64,000 nucleotides of DNA from the human T2T-CHM13v2.0 reference genome, Homo sapiens. The DNA lies in NCBI RefSeq assembly GCF_009914755.1, contig NC_060941.1; one strand, given 5' to 3'. Position numbers and translations under genes: made by a program. The notes beneath the pieces were generated by a model. It was not told the origin of the DNA and did not search any database. It saw only the letters and a list, made by a program, of their open reading frames with translations. This document shows positions 33,081 through 53,110 of the stretch, one piece after another. Within the stretch, counting starts at the first letter, position 1. Each line of letters begins with the position of its first letter.

Positions 33081-35681
33081 TGAGAGGTGAGGGGGGTAGG
33101 CACAGATTATAAACTAACTTTCAGAGAGGTTCGACTGAGAAAGGAAACTAGAAAGGCCAGATAGGGGGACACCAGATAAACGGTGGGGGTGGGTGTCTGC
33201 TTGTGATTTTTCTTTTTCCTAAAAAAAGAGTTCCCATTCACTGAGAGAACAGAGCCAGAAGCAGAAATAGAGATTCTAGAAGTGGTGGTAGGGGAGAGGG
33301 ACTTGAATGCACGTAGGCGTGGGGTCCTGGGGGTGAGGAAGGGTCTCAGCCTAAGTGCCTGGCTGGCCCCCATCAGCTGAGGAGCAGGGTGCATGTGTCC
33401 TCCGAGGCCGGGAGGGAAACCGAGAGGATGGGTGGAGAGGCTGATAAGCCTGCAGCCAGGCCCAGGCGGGAAGTTGAGGGAGTTCCCTCCAGATGACTGT
33501 TTTCTAGGTGAAGACGGAGCAGCCGTCACCTCCTGAGGTGAGGCAGCTGCAGTGAGGTGCGGGCTGGAGGGGAACAAAGAGGCCTGAGATGGAAGGAAGG
33601 GAAAGGGCCGAGGCTGTCCCAGGACCCCAGCCGCAGAGCGGGAGACTCAGAGCAAGCCTGCAGGCCACGCACTGCAAATGCTGGCCTAGGGGGCCTAAGG
33701 AATGGAGACCTGGTTCCAGCCGCCGCCCTGCCCACCCCCAGTGTTGACCCTGCTTGCTTGGTGCCTTGTGGCCCCTGGGTCTGTTTCCTTGAGTGTAAAA
33801 CAAGGCAGAGGCCTGAGGAGGCAGTGGGAGAGTCGCTCCCTGTGCCATGTGCTGCAGTTCCAACGTCTTCCCTGAAGGTACAAAGAACATTCATTCTCTA
33901 GGAACCCAAAGGAGGGAGCAATTGACTTCCATGTGGTGTGGAGGGGGAGAGGGGAGAGCACCACGGTTTTGGGAAACAGGATGTTGTGGGTAAGAAAAAG
34001 AGGGACCCCAAAGCGTGAGTGTCTGCAGGGCAGGGTCTGGCCCAAAGGGTGTGGTCTGGGAGGGTACGAGGGCTGGAGTGGACAAAGGGAGAGTGGGTAG
34101 GGCAGGAGTCACAGTCGTAAAGGGGGGCTAGGACCGTGTAGTAAACACCATTGTCATTTATCAATCACCTCGAGGCGGGGGCCAATTAATCACCTCCTTT
34201 TATCCAGTCTCAACCTCACACCCACTTCATGCCCACGAAGTTCTCTTATCATCCCCATGTTACAGATTGGGAAAACAAATCAAAGAGCTTAAGTAAAACT
34301 GGTCTAAAAGACTTGAGTCAGGCCTATGGCTCCAGACAAATGGTGCAGCTTCAGAGAGTGGAAGTTCCAGTCCCAGTGCCCAGCCAACTGCCTCTCTCGT
34401 GGACAAATCGGTTCTTTCTTTCTTTCTTTCTTTTTTTCTGAGACAAAGTCCTGCTCCGTTGCCCAGGCTGGAGTGCAGTGGCGCAATCCTGGCTCACCGA
34501 ACCTCTGCCTCCCGGGTTCAAGCAATTCTCATGCCCCTGCCTCCCGAGTAGCTGGGATTACAGGCATGTGCCACCATGTCCAGCTAATTTTTTGTATTTT
34601 TAGTAGAGACGGGGTTTCACTGTTTTGGCCAGGCTGGTTTTGAACTCCTGGCTTCAAGTGATTCGACCACCTTGGCCTCCCAAAGTGCTGGGATTACAGG
34701 TGTGAGCCAACACGGCTGGTAAAATCGGTTATTTCTGAGGCTTGGTGACACCATCAGTCCAGCAGGATAATTATGAAGATTATGGATATCCTGCCTCCGT
34801 GGGTTGCCATGGGGATCAAATGCCCAAGGAAGCACCTACAGTTGAGCAGAGAAGCCTGGCAGAGGGGCTTTGCCAGTGGCCAACTAGCCCTCCCCAGCCT
34901 GGGGCCACTGCTCCGAGGCTTGACTCACCAGCTAGCCTTGCCCATGGACTTCACCTCCAAAGAGCTGTGCAATTTGCCTGCAACCCAGTCACCTCCATTC
35001 TTTGCTGATTGCAGTGACTTCTGACAAGGAAATAGTGTTCTGTGGGCTCTCCCTCTATTCACAGCCCCGGGACACTACTGAGCCCCCTCATTCATGTGGT
35101 CCCAGAAGAAGCAGAACAAAACCCTCTCATCTCAAGACAAAGGTTCAAAATTAGCTGTAAAGTGGAAGATAAACCAGGCTTCAAAGATAGGCAGCACCCC
35201 ACTTCCCTTTGTACAAGCACAAAATATTACAGATATACTTGTAGCCTCACAGGTGAATGGAAAATGAGCTCCAGTGTGTGATTTTTATCATTTAGGAGTA
35301 AAAAAAGTAGCAACAATTTAAACTAGGATCTGTCTTCATATGTCTAACAAATCAATTATATCTCATTTGCAAATAAAAACAGTTGGGGATAGGTTACAAT
35401 ATTCAAATAAGCCATTATGGTAAAACAACAAAAAACTAATTATGGAATTGCTCATTAAAATAAAAAAATCACTTCCCCATCCCAAAAAACAGCAATGCAC
35501 TGAAATCTAGAAAATGTGAGGCCGGGCGTGGTGGCTCACACCTGTAATCCCAGCACTTTGGGAGGTGGAGGCCAGCGGATCACCTGAGGTCAGGAGTTTG
35601 AGACCAGCCTGGCCAACATGGTGAAACCCTGTCTCTACTAAAAATACAAAAATTAGCCGGGCCTGGTGGCATGCGCCTCTA

Positions 35682-35795
<114 letters not shown>

Positions 35796-35837
35796 TCAAA
35801 AAAAAAAGGAAAAAAAAAAGAAAATGTGTGCTACTTA

Positions 35838-35905
35838 TAATTGTGTTTTTTGCCATCTTTTAAAAAAGTAATGGCAAAAACCACAATTACTTTTCAACAA
35901 CCTAA
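35838..35905. mobile_element. MADE1 (Hsmar1-derived MITE), left TIR partly lost
   Basis: taattgtgttttttgccat...atggcaaaaaccacaattacttttcaacaacctaa palindrome. Confidence 0.85.
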
Positions 35906-36242
35906 TATATTTTTAGACTAGTCAAGAGTAGTCGTGAGAACAGAGAAAAGAACATGGAGTTTGATCTGTAACTGACTAAACAATTCATCAAGATAACCCA
36001 CTACTTTCAGACCAGCCAAGGAAACGTGTGCTACTTCTAAAACACACTGACCAGAACTTGGCTTAGATCTAAGCCTTTCTAAAAATGCCCACATGGGATA
36101 AACTTTAGTTCTCAATTGGATTCTTTTCCTTAATTGTTAGAAGTATCAAACCCCAGCAATTTAATGTGCGTTTTAGGCATCACAGAAGAGAAAGGAGGAA
36201 GCCAGGTAGAAACATCTGTTACAGTGGAAACATCAGACTTAC

Positions 36243-36269
36243 AGTTTTCTTGACCCTCAAGGCTTGAAC
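36243..36269 (-). CDS. PECAM1: PECAM1 exon 2 (27 nt, CSSLEGQENS)
   Basis: ttgcag|GTTCAAGC...GAAAACT|gtaag; 86-bp intron 1. Confidence 0.96.
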
Positions 36270-36355
36270 CTGCAAGAAACATAAGAAACATGTTGATTCC
36301 AGAAGCTTCGATGCTCATGGAGTTAAAGTGATGTGGAAACAGAGTAAACACTCAC

Positions 36356-36419
36356 AGAGCAGAAGGGTCAGCAGGACTCCAAGCCACATCGTGGCCCCTT
36401 GGGCCCACCTCGGCTGCAT
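36356..36419 (-). CDS. PECAM1: PECAM1 exon 1 coding part (signal peptide MQPRWAQGATMWLGVLLTLLL)
   Basis: ATG at 36419-36417; 64 nt to donor CTCT|gtgag; translation matches the CD31 signal peptide. Confidence 0.97.
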
Positions 36420-36445
36420 CCTGAGAGTGAAGACTGCAGGCACAG

Positions 36446-36466
36446 TTAGTTCTGCCTTCGGGCCAT
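36446..36466 (-). other. uORF2 MARRQN*
   Basis: gtcATGGCCCGAAGGCAGAACTAA; G at -3 and +4; stops 26 nt before main ATG. Confidence 0.65.
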
Positions 36467-36585
36467 GACTCGCTCAGCAGAAGGCACTGCCCACAAGTCA
36501 CCGTTGAGAAACCCGCCCTGTGAAAAGCAGAAATTGCTCTGGTCACTTCTCCCGGCGCCTGCAGAGAGACCGGCTGTGGCGCTGG

Positions 36586-36603
36586 TCAGGTAATGGCAGC
36601 CAT
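36586..36603 (-). other. uORF1 MAAIT*
   Basis: gccATGGCTGCCATTACCTGA; G at -3 and +4. Confidence 0.55.
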
Positions 36604-37100
36604 GGCTGGAAACCGGGAACAATGGGGCCTGGGCTGGCCTGATATCTCCTCAGGAAATGACCGGCCTTCCTGAGGGGCCACCGAACGCGGCCGCTTTGTT
36701 TAGTTTCTTTAGGGAAAAAACAAGGCACAAGTGACATTTGCCTTGGCGTTCTTGACCCTCCCTCTGTCTCGCCTGGGTTTGGGGGCCCTTCTCATGGCAC
36801 TGTGAGGGGATTCCTCCCTGCCTCCAGCCTCCACCCACCACCCAAAGGGCTGCTCTCCCAGGACATCCAGAAAGATCTCTCTGCTTTTCCAGTCCTCCCC
36901 TTCCCCCATCAAAGAGGGCTTTTGCCACACAGCATAAGTCTGGGCCCCCTGCCTTTCTTGGGCTGACTTTTCCCCAAAATTGCAGGTTTGTCAAAGAGAC
37001 CTGCTGCTGGGGCAGGCTGAGCTTGGAATGCAGCGGAACTGAGGCGAGAGAATAGCAGAGGAAGTAGGGGGCAAAGAGCACCCTTGGGCGTAGGCTAGCT
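36600..37100 (-). promoter_or_regulatory. PECAM1: PECAM1 proximal promoter (TATA-less; GATA, paired ETS, SOX/FOX-like motifs)
   Basis: TGATATC 36640-36646; inverted ETS cores CAGGAAAT 36651-36658 and CTTCCTG 36666-36672; CTTTGTTTA from 36694; local CpG enrichment; unique sequence up to first Alu at ~37182. Confidence 0.75.
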
Positions 37101-37200
37101 TAAGCAATAGCAAAAGCAAAAGATGTAAGATAGAAGAAGAACATACAAAATAAGGGAGTAAGCAGTAAGAATAGAATTAACGGCTGGGCATGGTGGCTCA

Positions 37201-37491
<291 letters not shown>

Positions 37492-37591
37492 TTAACTTCT
37501 TCCATGGCGATAAGGAGTGACATGTTAACCAAATATCGTACCCTTTAGAAGATGGCTTCAAATCTAAAAATACACTATTCCTACTCCTTTA

Positions 37592-37963
<372 letters not shown>

Positions 37964-38755
37964 TTAGACTTTTCATTGGGTAATAGATATTTTGATGGTA
38001 GAAAATACTAGAATCTGGCAGAGCGCGATGGCTCATGCCTGTAATCCCAGCACTTTGGGAGGCCAAGGCGGGAGGATGACTTGAGGTCAGGAGTTGAAGA
38101 CCAACCTGGCCAACAGGGAGAAACCCGTCTCTACTAAAAATACAAAAATTAGCCTTAGCCGGGCATGAAGGCCGGCACCTGTAATCCCAGCTACTTAGGA
38201 GGCTGAGGCAGAAGAACTCAGAAGGCGGAGGTTGCAGTGAGCCGAGATGGCACCACTGCACTCTAGCCTAGGCGACAGAAGTGAAACTCCATCTCAAAAA
38301 AAAAAAAAAAGAGAAAGAAACTACTAGAATCTGATCCTTTGCATCAGTTTCTAAAAATCTAACTTGTTACAGTCATAGAGTCAAACGTTATGGGATGCTT
38401 TGGAAAAGAAGCAAACCATGTGGATATTAATAACACATCAAAATCTCTCAGACTGTCTTAATATTTTATGGTGTTTCTTTATAGTCTGTAATTTAAAACA
38501 TCAATCAAATATTGCCACAAAAAGTAATATAATAGATAAGGGAGTAAGCAGTAAGTTGGGACATGGTAAGAGAAGTAAGTTGGAAGGACTTCCAGTAGCT
38601 ATTTGGTCGCAAAAAATAAAAGTAAAGATGGGCAATTTGGTCAGAAGAGGTAAAGTGGGGGTAAACAAGGTTGAACAACTATCTTACAAGAAATAAAGTA
38701 GGGTGAAGGCACTATAAGAGAAAGGCAAGTGACATTAAGCAAGTGAGGAAAAACA

Positions 38756-38939
38756 TGTAAAAGGCCGTGAAATGTAACAAACCGGCACTGATAACCACTC
38801 ACAGGTCAGCCCACTCACCCCTCTCCGAGAGTGTCGCTGTGCTTAATCATTTGCTGCTTCGCTATTTGTACGTGTGTCATGTCCAATTCTTTGTTCATGG
38901 CACCAACAGCCTGGAGCTGCGCGGCACCATCTGGTAACA
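38756..38939 (+). mobile_element. Possible ERV1 LTR 3' remnant
   Basis: gtgtcatgtccaattctttgttc..caccaa..cctgga..ctggtaaca resembles ERV1 U5 ends. Confidence 0.4.
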
Positions 38940-39255
38940 GAACTAGGAAGCTCTCCTCAGCTTTTGGTGTGGGTGACATACGCAGCCCTATGAGAGGCCC
39001 CTCCCCAGCATGCACCCCTAAACAAATGCGTACTCTACTGGGCCACTATGCGGGAGCTTCCTAAGATATACATCATTTCTGCTGGGCGTGGTGGCTCATG
39101 CCTGTAATCCTAGCACTTTGGGAGGCCGAGGCGGGCGGATCACCTGAGGTCAGGAGTTCGAGACCAGCCTGACCAACATGGAGAAACTCCGTCCTTACTA
39201 AAAATACAAAAATTAATCGGGTGTGGTGGCGCATGCCTGTAATCCCAGGTACTCA

Positions 39256-39360
<105 letters not shown>

Positions 39361-39470
39361 TCAAAAAAAAAAAAGATATACATCATTTCCTTTCACTCCT
39401 CTGTTTGAGACCAGAAAAAGTCAATTTACAGCCTGCCATAATACAGCCTTTGCTTACCTTTCAAGCCTAG

Positions 39471-40266
<796 letters not shown>

Positions 40267-41099
40267 TGATCCACCCACCTCAGCCTCCCAAAGTGCTGGG
40301 ATTACAGGCGTGAGCCACCGCGCCCAGCCAGACACTTTTATTATAGGATGTGTCATAATGGCCTGTCCTCCCCCAAATGGACTGCAATCTCCTTGATGAC
40401 AGGGACAGTGTCTGGAACCTAGTAGATGATGAAAAAGCATTAGTGCAATGGATGATTGTCTAGATGGATGAAGACAAACTACTGTATTGTCTGAATCAGA
40501 TGATCACTGCCTTGAGGGTGCCATATTGTTTCTGAAATGCCACCCTCTAGGACTTCCCCATGGTAAAGCTAAGACAGATACAAACTGGCCACAGTCAAAA
40601 CCAGATTCCTCTACCTCAGGGCAAGAACCAAGAAGTAATGGCTTCCAGCTAGAAAACAATTCCTCTCTCTGACCTATGGTTCAGTGGAAGTTTTGATAAG
40701 AGCCTTGAACAGCAATACACACTTTACCCATTTATTTCTAAAGGAATGTTTTCCATTGCGTTATTTGCTGTTGTTTTGTGCTCGCCATTCCCCACTATAA
40801 GCTATCTTCTTTGGCAACCTACTGGAAATTACCCTCACCCATCTACCAAATTTTGATGTGGGAACAGAAAAGGAAACACCATGATTAATAAAATAAATTT
40901 TGGCTTCAATGGTAATTTTTAGACACTGCAGAGTAAGCACCTTTTGCAGAGCAACAATTCAAATGATAGTGATAAATGCCAAGACCCCAGACCCCGTGCC
41001 CTCAAGTTCCAAAGTAAATTTCTAAAATGTGGCAATTGCTTCATAAATGATTCTAATATTTTCAGGATACCATGATAAAATAAAGCTTTATTTCAAAAA

Positions 41100-41935
<836 letters not shown>

Positions 41936-42222
41936 ATGTAAGAAAAAGTATCTGAAATTGGAAATAGGCAAAAATGAGTACTGCATGCCTGTCCAGGGTT
42001 TACCTCACACTCTAAGGTTATTAACGTTTGTTTGACTTGCTATTTACAGTAGACTAGAATACTTTACAATCAGTAGGGGAGGGTAAACATTAACTTGTAG
42101 AAAGTCAGTAAGGATGCAAAGGATTCTTATTATCTGTGGCAGAGGGGTGGGTGGCAGAAACTGAGCAGTTGGGGACTTTTCTTTGTAAAGCTTTCTGTAC
42201 TTTTGTTATTTAAATCATGTGA

Positions 42223-42363
<141 letters not shown>

Positions 42364-43113
42364 TGAGTAGCTGGGACTACAGGCATGTGCCACCATGCCC
42401 AGCTAATTTTCGTATTTTTAGTAGAGATGGGGTTTCACCGTGTTGGCCAGACTGGTCTTGAACTCCTGACCTCGGGTGATCCACCCACCCACCTTGGTCT
42501 CCCAAACTGCTGGGATTACAGGCGGGAGCCACCGTGCCCGGCAGTATTACCTTTAAAATTTTAATTAAGAAATTGAATTTCTGTTCAGCTTTATGAAGTA
42601 TTATATAATTGACATAAAATAAGCTGTGTTTAAAGTATACACTCAGAAAAGTGTTGACATGTGTATACTGATGAAACAACCTCCACAATCAAGGAAGCAG
42701 ACACATCCACCACCCCCAAAAGGTTCCTATGCCCCTCGTCTCCCTTGCCCTCTGCACCCTCCCCACTGCAAAGATTGATCTGCTTTCTGATTAGTTTCCA
42801 TGTTCTGGAATTTTGTAAAGATTCATACAGTATGTACCTTTTATTATTATTATCATTATCTTTGGTGTGTCTTTTTTCTTTTTCTTTTTTTTTTTTTTTT
42901 TGAGACAGAGTCTCTCTCTGTTGCCCAGGCTGGAGCACAGTGGCACAATCTCGGCTCACTGCAACCTCCACCTCCCAGGTTCAAGCAATTCTCTGCCTCA
43001 GCCTCTGGAGTAGCTGGGATTACAGGCACCTGCCACCACGCCTGGCTTATTTTTTGTATTTTTAGTAGAGACAGGGTTTCACCGTGTTAGCCAGGATGGT
43101 CTCGATCTCCTGA

Positions 43114-43503
<390 letters not shown>

Positions 43504-43531
43504 TGAGACAGGGTCTCACTCTGTCTCCTAG

Positions 43532-43792
<261 letters not shown>

Positions 43793-44932
43793 TAGTAAAT
43801 TGAATGGGTTTTTATTCGTTTGTGGGCCTCTCCTTTCTCCTCACTTCTTCCCCTTGACCTTGGTGGATTCCTTGATTGGGTTGAGGCAAAGGTTCCCACA
43901 CGGCTTTGGCTTCTTGGTAACTGATCAAGAGACTGACTCCTACATAACCAAGGGACCCCAGGAGTTCCCACCAGGCTTAACAAACTCACCCAGGACCCTG
44001 TTTCTCCCATGGTGTTGTTCGCTTCTTCTCAGCCAAGCAGAATTGAAGGAGGACAGACACACAGTTATTCCTACCTGCAGTGCTCCTGCCTTCAAATACC
44101 GGGGAAGTAACGCAGATCCGAAACATAGCGACTCGTTAACTGCACAGAAAAAGCTGTCTGCTGGAATAAACTTCAGGAAGTGGTTTTTCTGAGCAACTGG
44201 AGGTGGAGTGGGGGGAGGAAGGCGGAGGCAGGTGGGCAACAGACATGTCGGAGGGCACAGCAGGCCAACCACCTATTTCATGACAATGGTGATTGGAAAT
44301 GAGATTCACCGGCCGTTCCATTTCCCCCACCTGTAGCCTCAGATCTCATTAGTCTTGGAGAGTTGATGAGCCAGACTCAACAGCCCCCATCCACTGGGTT
44401 TGGGACACACCCCAGCCTGGGAGTGAACGTGCACTAATGCGTAAATCAGAAGCCTGGGTTCCCTGTCTGTTCTCTGCAGCTTAATAGCTTAAATGCTCTG
44501 AGGCTCATGTTCCTCACCTATATAATGGGAATAATGTGCCCATCTACCCATTGAATAGGCTTGTTAGGAAGATCAAACAAGAGCTAGCCTTTGAAAGCAC
44601 ATTTAACCAGCAGAGCACAGTAAGAACATAGTAACAACAAAAAAATATAAAAAATAGCTGCATACGGTGGTGCATGCCTGTGGTCCCAACTACTCGTGAA
44701 GCTGAGGTGGGAGCAATGCTTAAGCCCAGGAGTTTGAGGCTGCAGTGAGCCACGATCACACCACTGTACTCTAACCTGGGCAACAGGGCAAGACCTTGTC
44801 TCAAAAAGTAATAATAATTAATTAAAAAGTTTAAAAAAAACAATAGTTATGATTGAACAATAATAACAACAGTTGTTGATCTGGTTTGGCTGGGCCTGCC
44901 ACATCTGAATCGCTGCTCTGGAGCTCAGCTGA

Positions 44933-45358
<426 letters not shown>

Positions 45359-45769
45359 TGAACTCCTGAGCTCAAGCGATTTGCACGCCTCGGCCTCCCA
45401 AAGTGCTGGGATTATAGGCATGAGCCACCGCACCTGGCTGACATGGTTGTATTATGACTCATAACCATAGGCATTTTTGCCTTTGTAGACCTCTTCCTCC
45501 ACAAAAAAAAAAAAATTACATTTTGAAACTGTACTGGTATAAATAAGAAGATATTCATATTATATATTTAAAAATTTCTTTTACCTAGACAGTGGTTTTA
45601 TTCTTCTGATGACTGTATCTTCTAAACCTAATGAAGAAGGGCCTGACAACAGATCAGGCACACAACAGCCCAAGGGGTTAAGGGACCTACTGTCTTCCAC
45701 CCTGAGTGGCCTGGCCGCTGGCCTGGGAAGAGCACCACCATGTCCCAGGCACTGAAGCCAAAACAGGTG

Positions 45770-47840
<2,071 letters not shown>

Positions 47841-47849
47841 TTTTAGAGG

Positions 47850-49626
<1,777 letters not shown>

Positions 49627-49823
49627 AGGGGTATCATGACCCATATTACAGATGGGGAGCTGAGGGCCAGGAGGTGAAACATCAACCAAGTTCCCAGCAC
49701 CACATCTGCCTGCCTGTGTCTGCCTGGCTTGCTACAAGGCTTCTGTGACTGACCTTTTACAGCACCTTTCTGGGCAGAAGGCTCAGACCCAGTCCCTGAC
49801 CTGACACACATGAGTCATGAGAC

Positions 49824-49981
49824 CAGAGCCAGCTTCATAGATGTGTGACCCGTGCCGTCACAGGGGCCCTGTGCTCAGAAGCTGCCATGCTTGGTTTGAT
49901 GCCTTGCTGTCGCCACCTTGAAATTCCTGATAATTTTGAATTTTCATTTGCACTAGACCCACAAATTATGTAACTGGTCCT
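49824..49981. mobile_element. MER91A-like hAT DNA transposon
   Basis: cagagccagcttcatag...caaattatgtaactggtcct resembles remembered consensus. Confidence 0.65.
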
Positions 49982-50225
49982 ACATGTGACACTGAGCAAG
50001 AAAAGGGAGAGTTGAGATGAGGTGGGTAGAAGCTGCCCTGCCCACGGCCTCACCTCAGACCTGAAAAGTACCTGACACCCCGATCCTGCACAGCCTAAAT
50101 AATTGCATTGTTTTATATGAAAGAAGAACTAGACTTTTTTCCACTTTCGGTGGAAATTATAGGGAGGTATATTTCAGCCAGAACTGTGCAACACAGCAGG
50201 TAAGGAAAGTTTTGCAAATGTTTTA

Positions 50226-50375
<150 letters not shown>

Positions 50376-50378
50376 TCA

Positions 50379-50486
<108 letters not shown>

Positions 50487-51613
50487 CTATACTAAAAATA
50501 CAAAAATTAGCCAGGCGTGGTGGCATGCGCCTGTAGTTTCAGCTACTCAGAGGGCTGAGGCAAGAGAATCGAGTAAACCTGGGAGGCGGAAGTTACAGCG
50601 AGCCGAGATTGCACCACCACACTCCAGCCTGGGCCACAGAGCGAGACTCTGTCAAAAAAAGAAAAAAGAAAAAGCCAGCTGAGAGAGAGGGAGGTGATTC
50701 CTAAAGCTGCGGAGTCTCCTCTGGGCCCACCTGAGGCAAACCCAGCCTCCACCAAGAGGCAAGTTTTGTGTCAGTTCCCAAGAACTCCAGAAGCCATGTG
50801 GGCCACTCCTTCTTCTTTTAGGGGGAGAATGTAGCTGTCAAATATCTCTTCATCTTATTAATAAAGCTAACAAGGAGCCAAGTATTTGTCAAAACCAATG
50901 CCAGGGGTCAGAGCAGTGTCCCGCTGATTGCCACAGCTGAAGACAAAGGAAAAGGAAGGAAGACTGTCATCGTCAATGTGGTTGCCATTGCAAAGGTGGC
51001 TAGGTGGCCTCTGTCACTGTGGGCTGGGAATCATAGCTCTAGTCTGATGCTAAAAAGGACCATGCAACTGTTCATGGAGCGCACAAATGACTGCCCAGAC
51101 AACATAAAAAAACAGCATCTGGCCGGGCACGGTGGCTCACACCTGTAATCCCAACACTTTGGGAGGCTGAGGTGGCCGGATCACTTGAGATCAGGAGTTC
51201 GAGACCAGCCTGACCAACATGGTGAAACCCCATGTCTACTAAAAATACAAAAATTAGCCGTGCGTGGTGGCACAAGCCTGTAGTCGCAGCTATTCAAGAG
51301 GCTGAATCACTTGAACCCAGGAGGCGGAGGTTGCAGTGAGCCAAGATTGCACCACTGCACTCCAGCCTGGGTGACGGAGGGAGACTCCGTCTCAAAAAAA
51401 AAAAAGGTGTCTGTGTTCCCACTGTGGAAACCTAAGCAGATTGGCTGGACAAACTTTAGAATGACAGGGACCCCAAAAACAGAAAGAAAAGCAAAATGCA
51501 GCCTAGTCTATCCCCAGGGGCGGTGGGGTCGTCTGGGGACAACAGAAGGATGAAGGCCCAGGATGAGGCAGAAAGGAGCTGATCTGGGGGTGAGGGAAAC
51601 AGGGAGAGACTGA

Positions 51614-52037
<424 letters not shown>

Positions 52038-52619
52038 TGATCCACCCACCTTGGCCTCCCAAAAAAGTGCTGGGATTACAGGCCTGAGCCACTGCCCCCG
52101 GCCTTAGAGTGGGGTTTCTGTTCTCATTTGACTGTGTCATGGTTCTGAGACGAATCCTCAGGTGAGAAAGCAACGGGCCTGGCTTCCTTGGGCTCCTCAG
52201 CCATGGCCCTCCCAGAGCCCACCATGCCTGGAGGACCCAGCATGGGCCACAGACATGCACCTTCATTCTCACAAGTTCATCCGAGAGGAGGAGGAAGGAA
52301 AAGCCAAGGAAACCCAAAAGGCAGGTTAGAGAAAGAAGTCACTCTGTGTCCGCAAAGAGCTCCCCTCCCCTGGCCCTGTGCCCTTCACTCTCTATAGGTC
52401 AAGGTTTTGCTGGACTGTTTCCAGTGTTTGAGCCTGAATCCACCACGCCGGGGCTCCCTGATGCACTAATCCGGTGTTCAAAGAAGGGAAGGGCTGTGTG
52501 GCCCTGAACCTGTGCCTACACAGCAGAAAGAATTCCAACCTTTCCTTATCAGACATAAAGTGGATCTACAAAGGGTCACATTAGAGAGTTTTCCTTTTTA
52601 AATGGCTCTACAAATGTTC

Positions 52620-53110
52620 TGAGGTAGGCGGCGGAACTCGACTCCAAAGGTAGGGCTTGGACACTGGACCAAATTGAAGACTAGCTAAACAGGGACTGAG
52701 AGAAAGCAGCTTTCCATAAGACACGCCCACCAGTGTGCCGTGTCAGTTTACCGTTACCATGACAACACCGGAAGTTACCACCCCTTTCCATGGCAATGAC
52801 CTGACAACCCAGAAGTTACCACCCTTTTTCTAGAAATTTCTGTATAGTCTGGCCCTTAATTTGCATATAACTAGATGGGCACACATATGATGCAGAACTG
52901 CCCTGAGCTGGTGCTCTGGGCACACTGCCTATAGGGTAGCCCTGCTCCACAAGGAGCAGTCTGTCTGCTGCTGCTGTGCACTGCCGCTTCAATAAAAGTT
53001 GCTGTCTAACACCACCGGCTCCCCTAGCTTGCCCTTGAATTCTTTCCTGGGCAAAGCCAAGAACCCTGCCAGGCTAAGCCCCAATTCTGGAGTTCACCTG
53101 CCCTGCATCA
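52620..53110 (+). mobile_element. Solo ERV1-class LTR (MER4/MER41-group-like; subfamily not certain)
   Basis: TG...CA ends, 491 bp, 4-bp flanks GTTC/GTTG, AATAAA at 52991, typical U5 end gaattctttcctgggcaaagccaagaacc. Confidence 0.85.

Larger units (their letters stand above)
36420..36620 (-). other. PECAM1: PECAM1 5' UTR (exon 1 non-coding part; upstream limit approximate)
   Basis: Directly upstream of the ATG; promoter is TATA-less, so the TSS (about 200 nt upstream of ATG by recollection) cannot be read from sequence. Confidence 0.6.
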
